Assembly: GCA_027490255.1 (NCBI GenBank)
Contig: JAIXYM010000038.1
Span: forward strand, 6,233-70,232
DNA length: 64,000 bases
Direction of reading: 5' to 3'
Source of the DNA: Oxalobacteraceae bacterium
GTDB lineage: Bacteria; Pseudomonadota; Gammaproteobacteria; Burkholderiales; Burkholderiaceae_D
Part shown: in pieces, positions 44,982-56,435 of the stretch
Position numbering within the stretch: position 1 is the first letter of the stretch
Layout of the letters: each line of letters opens with the position of its first letter
Position numbers and translations under genes: made by a program
The notes under the pieces: model-generated
What the model was told of the DNA's origin: nothing
The model's input: only the letters and a program-made list of their open reading frames with translations
The model's database searches: none

Positions 44982-45010
44982 AGAATAAGGGGGATTGCCA
45001 AAAAGCGCAA
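44982..45010 (-). promoter_or_regulatory. Sigma70-like promoter for the leu leader and leuA
   Basis: TTGCGC (45010-45005) - N17 - TATTCT (44987-44982), ending 7 nt before the leader ATG. Confidence 0.55.
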
Positions 45011-45061
45011 CCAAGCTTTGTCTATCGAACCGATAGCGACTGCTCAGCTCCACCAAAAACG

Positions 45062-45931
45062 CTATTGGCCCTCACCCGGCTCGTCGCTAGTCTGGACGAT
45101 ACTGACCGGCCTGCCCTTGAACCACTGCCAAAAGAACACCCCGTAACCCGACAAGCCGTAGATCACGAAGAGTCCGAACAGCACCTTCGGTGGATCACTG
45201 GACACCGCCACAAAAATCAGCACGATCAGGAAGATCGTAATAAAAGGGACGGACTTCCTGAAGTTGATGTCCTTGAAGCTGTAAAACGGCACATTGGTCA
45301 CCATCGTCAGACCGGCATAGACCGTAATCGCCCAGGACAACCAGTTGAAATCGGCGCCAGCGATGCGCAGATCATCCATGAGCCAGATGAAGCCTGCGAC
45401 CAGCGCCGCAGCAGCCGGGCTCGGCAAGCCTTGGAAGAAGCGCTTGTCCACCACAGCAATGTTGGTATTGAAGCGCGCCAGTCGGAGCGCCGCGCCAGCG
45501 CAGTAAACAAAAGCCGCCAGCCAGCCCAGCTTGCCCATGCCCCGCAATGACCATTCGTAGACGATAAGCGCGGGCGCCGCGCCGAAGGACACCATGTCGG
45601 ACAGGCTGTCGTACTGCGCACCAAACTCGCTCTGGGTGTTCGTTAACCTTGCCACACGACCATCAGTCGCATCCAGCACCATCGCAGCGAAAATCGCCAC
45701 TGCAGCATTAGAAAACTGCCCATTCATCGCCATCACGATCGCGTAGAAACCGCAGAACAGCGCGGCGGTCGTAAAGGCATTAGGCAGCAAATAAATACTA
45801 CGGTTGCGCAATGGCACGGCTGCCGGCTCTCCATCCTGCGGAGCTACACGTCGCAACGGTAGCTTTTGCAGACGAAAGGATCGCGGCGACCCGGCTTTGG
45901 ATTTGTTTTTGCGGTTGTTAAATAAAGACAT
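45062..45931 (-). CDS. pssA: CDP-diacylglycerol--serine O-phosphatidyltransferase
   Basis: IYLLPNAFT, DATDGRVAR...SEFGAQYDSLSDMVSFG, LRLARFN. Confidence 0.96.
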   Translation of the reverse strand: MSLFNNRKNKSKAGSPRSFRLQKLPLRRVAPQDGEPAAVPLRNRSIYLLPNAFTTAALFCGFYAIVMAMNGQFSNAAVAIFAAMVLDATDGRVARLTNTQSEFGAQYDSLSDMVSFGAAPALIVYEWSLRGMGKLGWLAAFVYCAGAALRLARFNTNIAVVDKRFFQGLPSPAAAALVAGFIWLMDDLRIAGADFNWLSWAITVYAGLTMVTNVPFYSFKDINFRKSVPFITIFLIVLIFVAVSSDPPKVLFGLFVIYGLSGYGVFFWQWFKGRPVSIVQTSDEPGEGQ

Positions 45932-45966
45932 AACAGAATGGTAACCGACAGCGCGCCGTTCGTGCC

Positions 45967-46605
45967 TCAGAACTCTGCAAGTACCGTCTCGGTCGCCGAG
46001 ACTTTGTCACCCACCACGACCAATGGCCGGGCGCTCAGCGGCAAATAAACGTCGACCCGGGAGCCAAAGCGAATAAAGCCGTACCGCTGGCCTCTGGCGA
46101 GGGTATCGCCGACGTTCACGTAGCAAAGAATCCGCCGGGCAATCAGGCCGGCCACCTGAACAAATGTGATTGTCTGGCCATTGGCCGCCGTCATGACCAC
46201 CGCATTGCGCTCATTTTCGGTCGAGGCCTTGTCCAAGTCAGCGTTGACGAATTTGCCCGGAAAATATTCGATTTTCTCGATTTTGCCATCCACAGGCGAT
46301 CGGTTGGAGTGGACGTTGAACACGTTCATGAACACGCTGATTTTCAGGGCTTCCCGGTCGGCGTAGGGATCATGGGCTTTCTCGACCACAACGATACGAC
46401 CATCAGCCGGTGACAGGACTGCCTTCGGGTCCAGGGGGATAGAACGGGGCGGATCGCGAAAGAATTGCAACACAAACACGGCGATGACCCAGAAAGGCCA
46501 AGACCAGCCACCAAGAACGGAGGATGCCACCAGCGCCGCCACCAAGGCGATACCTAGGAAAGGCCAGCCTTCACGGGCGATCAGGGGATGGGGGTATTTA
46601 TTCAA
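45967..46605 (-). CDS. psd: Phosphatidylserine decarboxylase
   Basis: [38 protein letters not shown] (pyruvoyl-forming Ser); TTG start. Confidence 0.96.
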   Translation of the reverse strand: MNKYPHPLIAREGWPFLGIALVAALVASSVLGGWSWPFWVIAVFVLQFFRDPPRSIPLDPKAVLSPADGRIVVVEKAHDPYADREALKISVFMNVFNVHSNRSPVDGKIEKIEYFPGKFVNADLDKASTENERNAVVMTAANGQTITFVQVAGLIARRILCYVNVGDTLARGQRYGFIRFGSRVDVYLPLSARPLVVVGDKVSATETVLAEF

Positions 46606-46835
46606 AACGGCTCCGAGAAATACAGTCCGCGGCCAAATCAGATGCCGCTCAAATTAATTAAATGTTTTTACGAAGAAATATCATAACCAGCAACATTGTA
46701 GCGCGAGAAGGTAGCCGGATCGATTTTAGGCAGCAAAGAGCGGAGATTTGCTTAACGAGATACTAGTTAGCGAACATTTGTTCGCTAAACGTCACGTATA
46801 AAAAACAACATCGACGAAACTCGTTAGGACAAAAC

Positions 46836-47945
46836 ATGCGACCAGACATCCATCGTAAAAATGTACAGGAATCTCTTGACCTGTGGGCTGAGGCTGAAAA
46901 AAACCAGAGAACGCTGTCGTTTGATGACTACGGCGATGTCCACTTGGTCTATACCTCCGTTGTCGAGCACGCACCTAAGCTGGAACTCGAGCTGAAACAA
47001 CAGGCCGTACTTAATATGGTCGCAAAAATACACACCGAGCTAAGGGAATTTGCTGCCGCCACGAAACAAGTATCTGCAGAACACCTGCTGATGCAACTTC
47101 CTGGTCTCGGCAAATTTGCAGCTTCAGGGAAAATCGGAAATCTTCGCAACGAGTGGCAAACATTACAAGCAAATCAGACAAAAATCTTGACAAAAATCGC
47201 AACAGAACGCCAAAAGATTTTTAATGAATTTAAAGGCTTACTGCCAAAAATGCCCACGCACTTCGAAAATGATGGAACGGCAATTCTTCGAAACGACTTT
47301 ACATCGACCGAACATGAAAACCTAATCAAGCAAGAAATAACGGATGTAAATAAATACAAACTTAATGCGAATGGCTACTACCAAACATTTGTGGACGACC
47401 TTCCAAGATTGCCGTGGAGCATAGAAATCGATGGAGCTACCCAATCCTTTGGATTAGGCCTAAAAGAAGAAAAACTTGAAGCAATAAAAAAAGTTTTTGG
47501 TAATGATAAATTAGCGCTATCAACAGTGAGTAAATTGATGAACCAAGCTGCTCCCGGATTAGTCATCGGACCCAATAATGATATTTACCCGAGAAATAAC
47601 AGAATCTTTATAAAGCATGACCAAGACTACGGTGAGCCGACTTTTTTACGTATTTCAAGTAAAGATAATTGCATCAATTTTGAAGCCAGCACTTATTCCA
47701 AATCAATTGCTGTTGTATTTAATGCCGACGACAATAACAAAGGCGGAAAAGATTGGCCAGTCAACCAAGATGAAAGGTGGAAAGGCAGTCCTGGACCGAA
47801 TAACTATGGAGAACGCTATCGATTAGCCATACAGATCGATAAGCAAGCTGCCAGCAATGGAATACTAAAACCGGTCGATGGGACGAAAATTGAGGCATCA
47901 TTTGAGATTCGGCTCTGTCCAGCCTTAAATCTATCAAAGACATGA
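46836..47945 (+). CDS. Hypothetical protein, 369 aa, in the AT-rich island
   Basis: Long ORF with an AGGA SD; no family recognised; the C-terminal half shares motifs with the neighbouring ORF. Confidence 0.8.
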   Translation: MRPDIHRKNVQESLDLWAEAEKNQRTLSFDDYGDVHLVYTSVVEHAPKLELELKQQAVLNMVAKIHTELREFAAATKQVSAEHLLMQLPGLGKFAASGKIGNLRNEWQTLQANQTKILTKIATERQKIFNEFKGLLPKMPTHFENDGTAILRNDFTSTEHENLIKQEITDVNKYKLNANGYYQTFVDDLPRLPWSIEIDGATQSFGLGLKEEKLEAIKKVFGNDKLALSTVSKLMNQAAPGLVIGPNNDIYPRNNRIFIKHDQDYGEPTFLRISSKDNCINFEASTYSKSIAVVFNADDNNKGGKDWPVNQDERWKGSPGPNNYGERYRLAIQIDKQAASNGILKPVDGTKIEASFEIRLCPALNLSKT

Positions 47946-48110
47946 GAAAAGATGGCTGAACACACACCGCCCATCGGCTGCCAACTAATAACAATTAATA
48001 CGGCACAAAATATTCTGAATAGCTCATTATTTTTTTTAATAATTTTATAAACTTAAAATAAATTTTTAGCAAAATATTTAGTTATCTATTTTTCATTCAG
48101 GCACAATTTA

Positions 48111-49805
48111 ATGCCAAAATTTCCCACTCAAACTTCAAGTCAAGCGCTCGAGATATACATAAAAGAAATACAACGTGGAAATGAGGTCAGGGTCTCAAGA
48201 AAAACCAATCGCATCTACAAAGCCAATTTGGTTGATAAATTGATTTTAAAAATCGATCAAAAATTTTTTGACGGCACTCAAGCGTCACTTTGGCGCGCCG
48301 AGGCAAAAATGTCCATCATCAATAAATTTTCAGACGAGTGTGCTTTGGTTCAACCTAAAATGACCCGCACAGAAAATTCATTGGTCAGGACATCACTATT
48401 TTCTGAGTGGGACAATTCAGAATTCGATAAAAAAACCGTCGACGATATAAAAGATAAATTTTTAATATCTGTAAATACCAACTCAAAAACACATGAAAAT
48501 ATAAAAAAAATCTTAGAAAACGATATTAATCCAAATGAGTATTTTTTCAAAGAAGCAATTAAAAAAGGTAAGGATTTTGACTTTGCTGTTGAGTTATCAA
48601 AAAAAGCTAATTCATTAAAAGGAAATCTTGGGCTACCAAAAAACTATATTTTTCACCTCACCTATAACGCACAACTTCTCCAAAAAAAGCATAATTTTTC
48701 AATCGGCGAATGTGTCAACATAATCCAATGTTCAGATCGGCTTGTTACCAAGCACAGGATAAACGAATCCGAAGCGCTTTCCTTTGCAATTGATTTGAAA
48801 GAGCCACTAAATTCAATGAATTTGAGTTTTGATGATATTTCGTCGATAGCACGATCAATTTTTCATAACGGCAGTTTTTCCGAAAAAACCAAAATAAGTG
48901 CAGCGCTTGCTTATTGCCAATTGAAAAATTTGGGTAAAGATCATGAGCAATCAATGTCCATCATAAAAAAACGTATCGACAACCTTAAACATATTGCACT
49001 CCAGCTACCAAAGGGCTGTAAGGCAGAATGCATTCATCAAGGCGCACATATACGCGGCAGATTCAAACTTACCCCCGATGAGATAGCAAGCTGCGAAAGC
49101 AAACTAAATTCACTTAAGCCAGACCAAGCCATCAACCAGGAAAAAGGATTAACGGAAAAATTCGGATCAATGAGCGCGCAATTCGGAAAAGACATAAGAC
49201 GCATGAATTATCAATTCCTTAAAAATGGAAAAACCGCTCCTGAGGTTCGATCACTAATTCCAAATGACACAAAATTGAACATCGGATCAACCGATCAAGA
49301 AAAAGAATCATGGGTAAGAAGTTTCATCGACTATGCAGGTGGGGAAAATGCAGCAAACGTACTTTCTGCTTTCATATCTCAAACCATGTTTGGCGATATA
49401 AGAACAGTTACAGCATCTTCGAATAGTAAAGATCTATCTGTTCAATTTACGGGACAACTGGGCACGGATAATTTCAATTTTTTAGTTGACCAAACGGAAG
49501 TTAATAAAGTGCGTAAAACTTTGGTGAAAGCAACACAATTTATCAATCCGATGAAGATGACAAGTACAAACTTGAACCAAAATGACTATCTTCCAGACGC
49601 TACCGCAGAATTTAAACTGATATCCGCCATTGGAAATGATCAACGCGCAACACCCACTGCCTTTGGTGCAAAGTATGAATGCGAGCTCGAGTTCGATGCA
49701 GAAAAACTTCAGCAACAAATTGTTGACTTCACAATAAAGCGAATTGTCGCGGAATTTGATCTGGTACTTGACCAAGATAACGTCGATCGCTACTTTGAAA
49801 AGTAG
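48111..49805 (+). CDS. Hypothetical protein, 564 aa, in the AT-rich island
   Basis: Long ORF in AT-rich DNA, where a chance ORF of this length is unlikely; degenerate ~21-aa repeats and a C-terminal domain related to the 369-aa ORF. Confidence 0.85.
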   Translation: MPKFPTQTSSQALEIYIKEIQRGNEVRVSRKTNRIYKANLVDKLILKIDQKFFDGTQASLWRAEAKMSIINKFSDECALVQPKMTRTENSLVRTSLFSEWDNSEFDKKTVDDIKDKFLISVNTNSKTHENIKKILENDINPNEYFFKEAIKKGKDFDFAVELSKKANSLKGNLGLPKNYIFHLTYNAQLLQKKHNFSIGECVNIIQCSDRLVTKHRINESEALSFAIDLKEPLNSMNLSFDDISSIARSIFHNGSFSEKTKISAALAYCQLKNLGKDHEQSMSIIKKRIDNLKHIALQLPKGCKAECIHQGAHIRGRFKLTPDEIASCESKLNSLKPDQAINQEKGLTEKFGSMSAQFGKDIRRMNYQFLKNGKTAPEVRSLIPNDTKLNIGSTDQEKESWVRSFIDYAGGENAANVLSAFISQTMFGDIRTVTASSNSKDLSVQFTGQLGTDNFNFLVDQTEVNKVRKTLVKATQFINPMKMTSTNLNQNDYLPDATAEFKLISAIGNDQRATPTAFGAKYECELEFDAEKLQQQIVDFTIKRIVAEFDLVLDQDNVDRYFEK

Positions 49806-49844
49806 AAATACTGTAGAGATTCACTGATTCAGCAAGGTGCTTGT

Positions 49845-51839
<1,995 letters not shown>

Positions 51840-51840
<1 letters not shown>

Positions 51841-53555
51841 TACAGATCCTCCGAGCCAAGCAGCATTTCGGACAGGCCTTTACCCGCCTTGACCATAGGC
51901 CAGACGTTTTCATCACGATCCGTAATGAAATTCAGAAAGACCAGACGATCTTTCATCGCAAAGGCATCGCGCATTGCACCGTCAACATCACCGGGTTTGT
52001 CGATAGTCACACCCACATGACCGAAGGACTCAACCAATTTGTCGAAGTCAGGCAGCGAATCCATGTAGGACTCGGAGTAGCGCGAGCCGTAGTCAATCTG
52101 CTGCCACTGCCGCACCATGCCGAGATAGCGGTTGTTGAGCAGAATGATCTTGGGGGTCAGATGATATTGACGGCAGGTTGCGAGCTCCTGAATACACATC
52201 TGTATCGATGCCTCACCCGTCACGCAAGCCACGGTGGCACCGGGATTGGCCATCTGCACACCCATCGCATACGGCAAACCAACGCCCATCGTGCCCAGAC
52301 CACCGGAATTGATCCAGCGCCGCGGCTTGTCGAAGCCATAGTACTGCGCGGCCCACATCTGGTGCTGGCCAACGTCGGAGGTAATAAAGGCGTCGCCCTT
52401 GGTAACCTCCCACAGCTTTTCCACGACAGATTGAGGCTTGATGACCTGATCCGAGGTTGGATATTTCAGGCACTCTTTGCCACGCCATTCGTTGATCTGC
52501 TTCCACCAGCCCTGCAATGCCGTGGTATTGGGCTGGATCTCGGACGTTTCAATTTGTGCGAGTACATCGTTGAGCACATCGCGCACATTGCCAACGATGG
52601 GGACGTCGACTTTCACGCGCTTGGAAATCGATGATGGATCAATATCGATATGAATGATCTTGCGCGGCACGCTGCCAAAATGCTTGGGATTGCCGATCAC
52701 ACGATCATCGAAACGCGCACCGATGGCAATCAGCACATCGCAATGCTGCATGGCCATGTTGGCTTCGTAGGTGCCGTGCATGCCCAGCATGCCCACAAAA
52801 CGCTCGCTCGATGAACGATAGCCACCCAAGCCCATCAGCGTATTCGTGCAGGGGTAACCCAGCTTATCGACGAGCTTGTTCAATTCAGGCGCAGCATCGG
52901 CCAAAATCACACCGCCACCGGCATAGATCATGGGACGCTCTGCGGTGAGCAAGAGCTGAACCGCTTTGCGGATCTGGCCCGAATGACCTTTTTCGACGGG
53001 TTTGTAAGAGCGCATCTCGAGCTCTTTCGGATACTCGAAGACCGCCTTGGCGGTGGTGATGTCCTTGGGGATATCGACCAGCACCGGGCCGGGACGGCCC
53101 GTGGTCGCAATGTAAAACGCCTTCTTCATCACCATTGCCAAGTCTTTGATATCCTTGACGAGGAAATTGTGCTTGACGCAAGGACGGGTAATGCCAACGG
53201 TGTCGCATTCTTGGAAGGCATCCTGACCAATCGCGTGGGTCGGCACCTGTCCGGAAATAATCACCATCGGAATGGAATCCATGTACGCAGTCACCAGACC
53301 CGTCACCGCATTGGTGACACCGGGGCCGGAAGTCACCAATGCGACACCCACCTTGTTCGAGCTGCGTGAATAGGCATCTGCTGCGTGAATCGCTGCCTGC
53401 TCGTGACGAACGAGAATGTGCTGGAATTTGTCCTGCTTGAAAATAGCGTCGTAGATATAGAGAACGGCGCCGCCGGGGTAGCCGAACACATGTTCGACGC
53501 CTTCTTCGGCCAGACAGCGCACGACAATGTCGGCGCCCGTGATTTCGGTGCTCAT
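51840..53555 (-). CDS. ilvI: Acetolactate synthase large subunit
   Basis: FGYPGGA, RHEQAA, TSGPG.TN, RFDDRV, DVGQHQMW, SGGLGTMG, TGEASIQM..QEL...ILLNN. Confidence 0.97.
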
Positions 53556-53870
53556 TACTGCTTCCTTTCAAGGTCCATTGGAAATTGATCGGATGCTCTC
53601 TCCTGTCGAGACCGGTTGCGGTGGCACGCTGCTGGCATTCCTTTTTTGTGCGGTCACGCCGATCCGTCTTGCGCACTACGGCGCATTTCAAACCGACGCT
53701 AAGCGCAACTCGTTCAGCCTGAGTTCGTGCTTTAGCCATCGATCCCTCACGCTTGTGGCGTGGGTTAGAGCAAACTGCTTTCAGATGAAAGTGGCGCTGC
53801 GACCCGGTCGGCATTATGGGCAAACCGGGGCAGGCCAAAAAATACCCCTCGCGGTGGCGAGGGGAACGAT

Positions 53871-53899
53871 ACGTTAATGCGTTGCAGCACGAAGGTCAA
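53871..53899 (-). promoter_or_regulatory. Sigma70-like promoter of ilvIHC
   Basis: TTGACC (53899-53894) - N17 - TAACGT (53876-53871). Confidence 0.6.
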
Positions 53900-54034
53900 G
53901 TGAAATCTTGGAAAAAGCCTTTGAAATCAAGCGGTTTGGCCTCGATATCGCTCACCAAAACTTAACAAAAAGGCACCTTGAAATAGCGCTCAGAACCGCA
54001 CATCCTGTGCAACGTACAATACCGATTTTCCGCC

Positions 54035-54619
54035 TTGTCCACCCCGTCGCGCCCCATTAGGGGCAGGTGCCTACCCAATACACTCGTGAACGATCTCCAA
54101 CCCGACTCTTTGCCAACTGCCTCGGTCAAAAGCCGCTTGATGGCCATGGTGTACGAAACCATGTTGATGCTTGCTGTCCTGTTTGCTGCGACCTTGCCGT
54201 TTTCCGCGTTACTGGAACAACGTCACGCGCTCTATCGGCGAGACGATCTTCAATATTGGCTGTTTCTGGTGCTGGGTATTTATTTTTGCTGGTTCTGGCG
54301 GCATGGCGGACAAACACTAGCAATGAAGACATGGCGCATTCGCCTGCTTACGCGCGAAGGTAGCGCCTTATCCCTGAAACACGCTGCGTTGCGCTACGTA
54401 CTGGCATGGCTGTGGTTCTTGCCCGGTCTGGCGGCCGCACGCTATCTGCATGCAGAGGGCTGGATGTTGGTGCTATTCCCCACGCTGAACATGGTGCTGT
54501 GGGTGCTCGCTATTTTTCTCGATCCCGACCGACAGTTCCCGCATGACCGGCTGGCGGGTACGCGCCTGGTTCAGCTGCCGCCAATGAAGGCCGAGGATAA
54601 CTCTACCGCCCCATCATGA
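54035..54619 (+). CDS. RDD family membrane protein
   Basis: SRLMAMVYE, YF.WFW..GGQTLAMKTW.IRL, QF.HDRLAGT; start uncertain. Confidence 0.9.
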   Translation: MSTPSRPIRGRCLPNTLVNDLQPDSLPTASVKSRLMAMVYETMLMLAVLFAATLPFSALLEQRHALYRRDDLQYWLFLVLGIYFCWFWRHGGQTLAMKTWRIRLLTREGSALSLKHAALRYVLAWLWFLPGLAAARYLHAEGWMLVLFPTLNMVLWVLAIFLDPDRQFPHDRLAGTRLVQLPPMKAEDNSTAPS

Positions 54620-54632
54620 CTGAGCCGGCAGC

Positions 54633-55589
54633 ATGATCGCCCGACTCACCCGTTTCGTGATCCTGCTCCAACTGATCGCACTTGCAGGTTTAAGCGCACT
54701 GTTTTTTTCGTTAGGCTGGATCAATAGCTTTGCCATCAGCCTGCTCTGCGCTGCGGCAATCCTGACGCTCATGAGAGCGGGCATTATCTTCAATAATTTT
54801 TTTCTGTCAGGCGCGCTCCGACAACCCATGGGTGACGGCCAGCCTGCACCACTGATTGCTGCCGCAGCCAGAATGCTGCAAGAGTTCTGGTACAGCATGG
54901 TGTGCTGGTTTCAGCTGTTTCCACTAGCCCGTCCGTTTCACATCAACTTTGCCGAAGATACCTCGCCTCCGGTGCTACTCTTGCACGGCTATGGCGCCAA
55001 TAGCGGTTTTTGGAAGCCTCTGAGCAAGCAGCTCTCAGGTAAAGGCATTAGTCACGCAGCGATTGACCTGGAGCCTGTGTTTGGCAGCATTGATGACTAT
55101 GCAGAACTGATCGAGATATCAGCGCAACAACTATGCCGCGACAATGGCGTTGAAACGATTATTGTTGTCGGTCACAGCATGGGCGGTCTGGCAGCCCGCG
55201 CCTGGCTACGGCGTTATGGCACCGCGAAAGTCGCCAGCATCATTACCCTTGGCACGCCGCATTTCGGCAGTACGCTGGCTGGGTATGGCATGGGAAAGAA
55301 TGCTCGGGAAATGCTGCCGCACGTCAGCGGTACATCGACGCTGAATCACTGGTTGACCATTCTCGCGAATTCGGAAAGCCCGGCAGTACGCGCAAAAGTG
55401 AGATCAATTCATTCACGTCACGACAATATCGTATCGCCGCAACAGTCAGCGCAATTACCCGGCGCTACCAACGTGGCATTCGACCTGATCGGTCATGTGG
55501 CGCTGGGTTTTGACAGCGAAGTGATGAAAGTGCTAATGGAAGAGATTACGACAGCCCGTCAAAGCAGGTGCTCAGCAGGAACGCAATGA
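54633..55589 (+). CDS. Membrane-anchored alpha/beta hydrolase (lipase/esterase-like)
   Basis: PVLLLHGY, VGHSMGGL (GxSxG), ITLGTPHFG, HDNIV, GH. Confidence 0.9.
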   Translation: MIARLTRFVILLQLIALAGLSALFFSLGWINSFAISLLCAAAILTLMRAGIIFNNFFLSGALRQPMGDGQPAPLIAAAARMLQEFWYSMVCWFQLFPLARPFHINFAEDTSPPVLLLHGYGANSGFWKPLSKQLSGKGISHAAIDLEPVFGSIDDYAELIEISAQQLCRDNGVETIIVVGHSMGGLAARAWLRRYGTAKVASIITLGTPHFGSTLAGYGMGKNAREMLPHVSGTSTLNHWLTILANSESPAVRAKVRSIHSRHDNIVSPQQSAQLPGATNVAFDLIGHVALGFDSEVMKVLMEEITTARQSRCSAGTQ

Positions 55590-56151
55590 TCTGGTCACCC
55601 GAGTACTGCTCATTGCTGTGCAAGTAATCTAGCGTTGGGTCGCAGGAGCGTGCGTAAATCGTAAATAGAACAACCTCGGTAGGCAGATCTTTGCGAATCT
55701 TGCCATCCGCACGCGCTCGCTCGATGAGTTCGCCCATCAACTCGTTCAGGTCCATCAAACGACTGATGTAGCGGGTGTTGTTGAGAAGCGCCTCGCGCAG
55801 GCTGGTGTTCTCAGTAGGCAAAGTGGGCAACCCGCCCCTCAGGCGAATTTCCAGCGCCCACTGCAATACGCTCTTAAGCTGGTCTATGGGGGCAAGGTTA
55901 GTCTCCATGCCACGCACAAATGCCAAAGCGTTTTCAAGCAAGCGAATCATCGCGGCTGCGGCAAGCGCTTCTTTAGAAGGAAAGTGCTTGTAGAGGCTGG
56001 CTTTGGCGATACCGACTTCGGCCGCCACTTCGTCCATCGTCATCAGGTCAAAACCTTTTTTCGCGAGCAAGTTATTCGTTGCATCGACGATGGCATTCTC
56101 ACGGACGATCAGTTGCTGTTGTTTGAACGAGAGCTTGGGTTCTTTACTCAT
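55546..56151 (-). CDS. TetR/AcrR family regulator
   Basis: KGFDLMTMDEVAAEVGIAKASLYKHFPSKEAL HTH. Confidence 0.93.
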   Translation of the reverse strand: MSKEPKLSFKQQQLIVRENAIVDATNNLLAKKGFDLMTMDEVAAEVGIAKASLYKHFPSKEALAAAAMIRLLENALAFVRGMETNLAPIDQLKSVLQWALEIRLRGGLPTLPTENTSLREALLNNTRYISRLMDLNELMGELIERARADGKIRKDLPTEVVLFTIYARSCDPTLDYLHSNEQYSGDQIIAFLLSTCFDGLS

Positions 56152-56435
56152 CGGTTGCGATTCAGGCCAGGCGGTTTTTGACTTTCGGGATTATACGGCA
56201 CGCGAACCATAGGCGGTGCCCTTGCTGTTCTATTAATGGCTTTTTTTACGAGAAAATTGCTTGGCCCGACGCCAGATTTTTATATTTATATTGACAACAA
56301 TGTCTTCCTGGACAGGATCATGGCCAACATATTCTGTTCACATATTGACGAATCCGACTCACGCAGCGTTACTGCCGCGGGATTGATAAGCACGGTCGGT
56401 TATCATCGCGCACGAACCCTAATGGTGCTGAATTC

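Noticed and set aside
52885-53838. 317-aa same-strand alternative-frame ORF overlapping ilvI (internal ATG 53739 with a GAGGG SD)
   Set aside because: Low-complexity Arg-rich translation typical of an off-frame read, with no family motifs. Not excluded as a regulatory uORF, but unsupported.
55546-55589. 44-bp convergent overlap between the hydrolase and tetR genes
   Set aside because: Short 3' overlaps are common and nothing else suggests a function.
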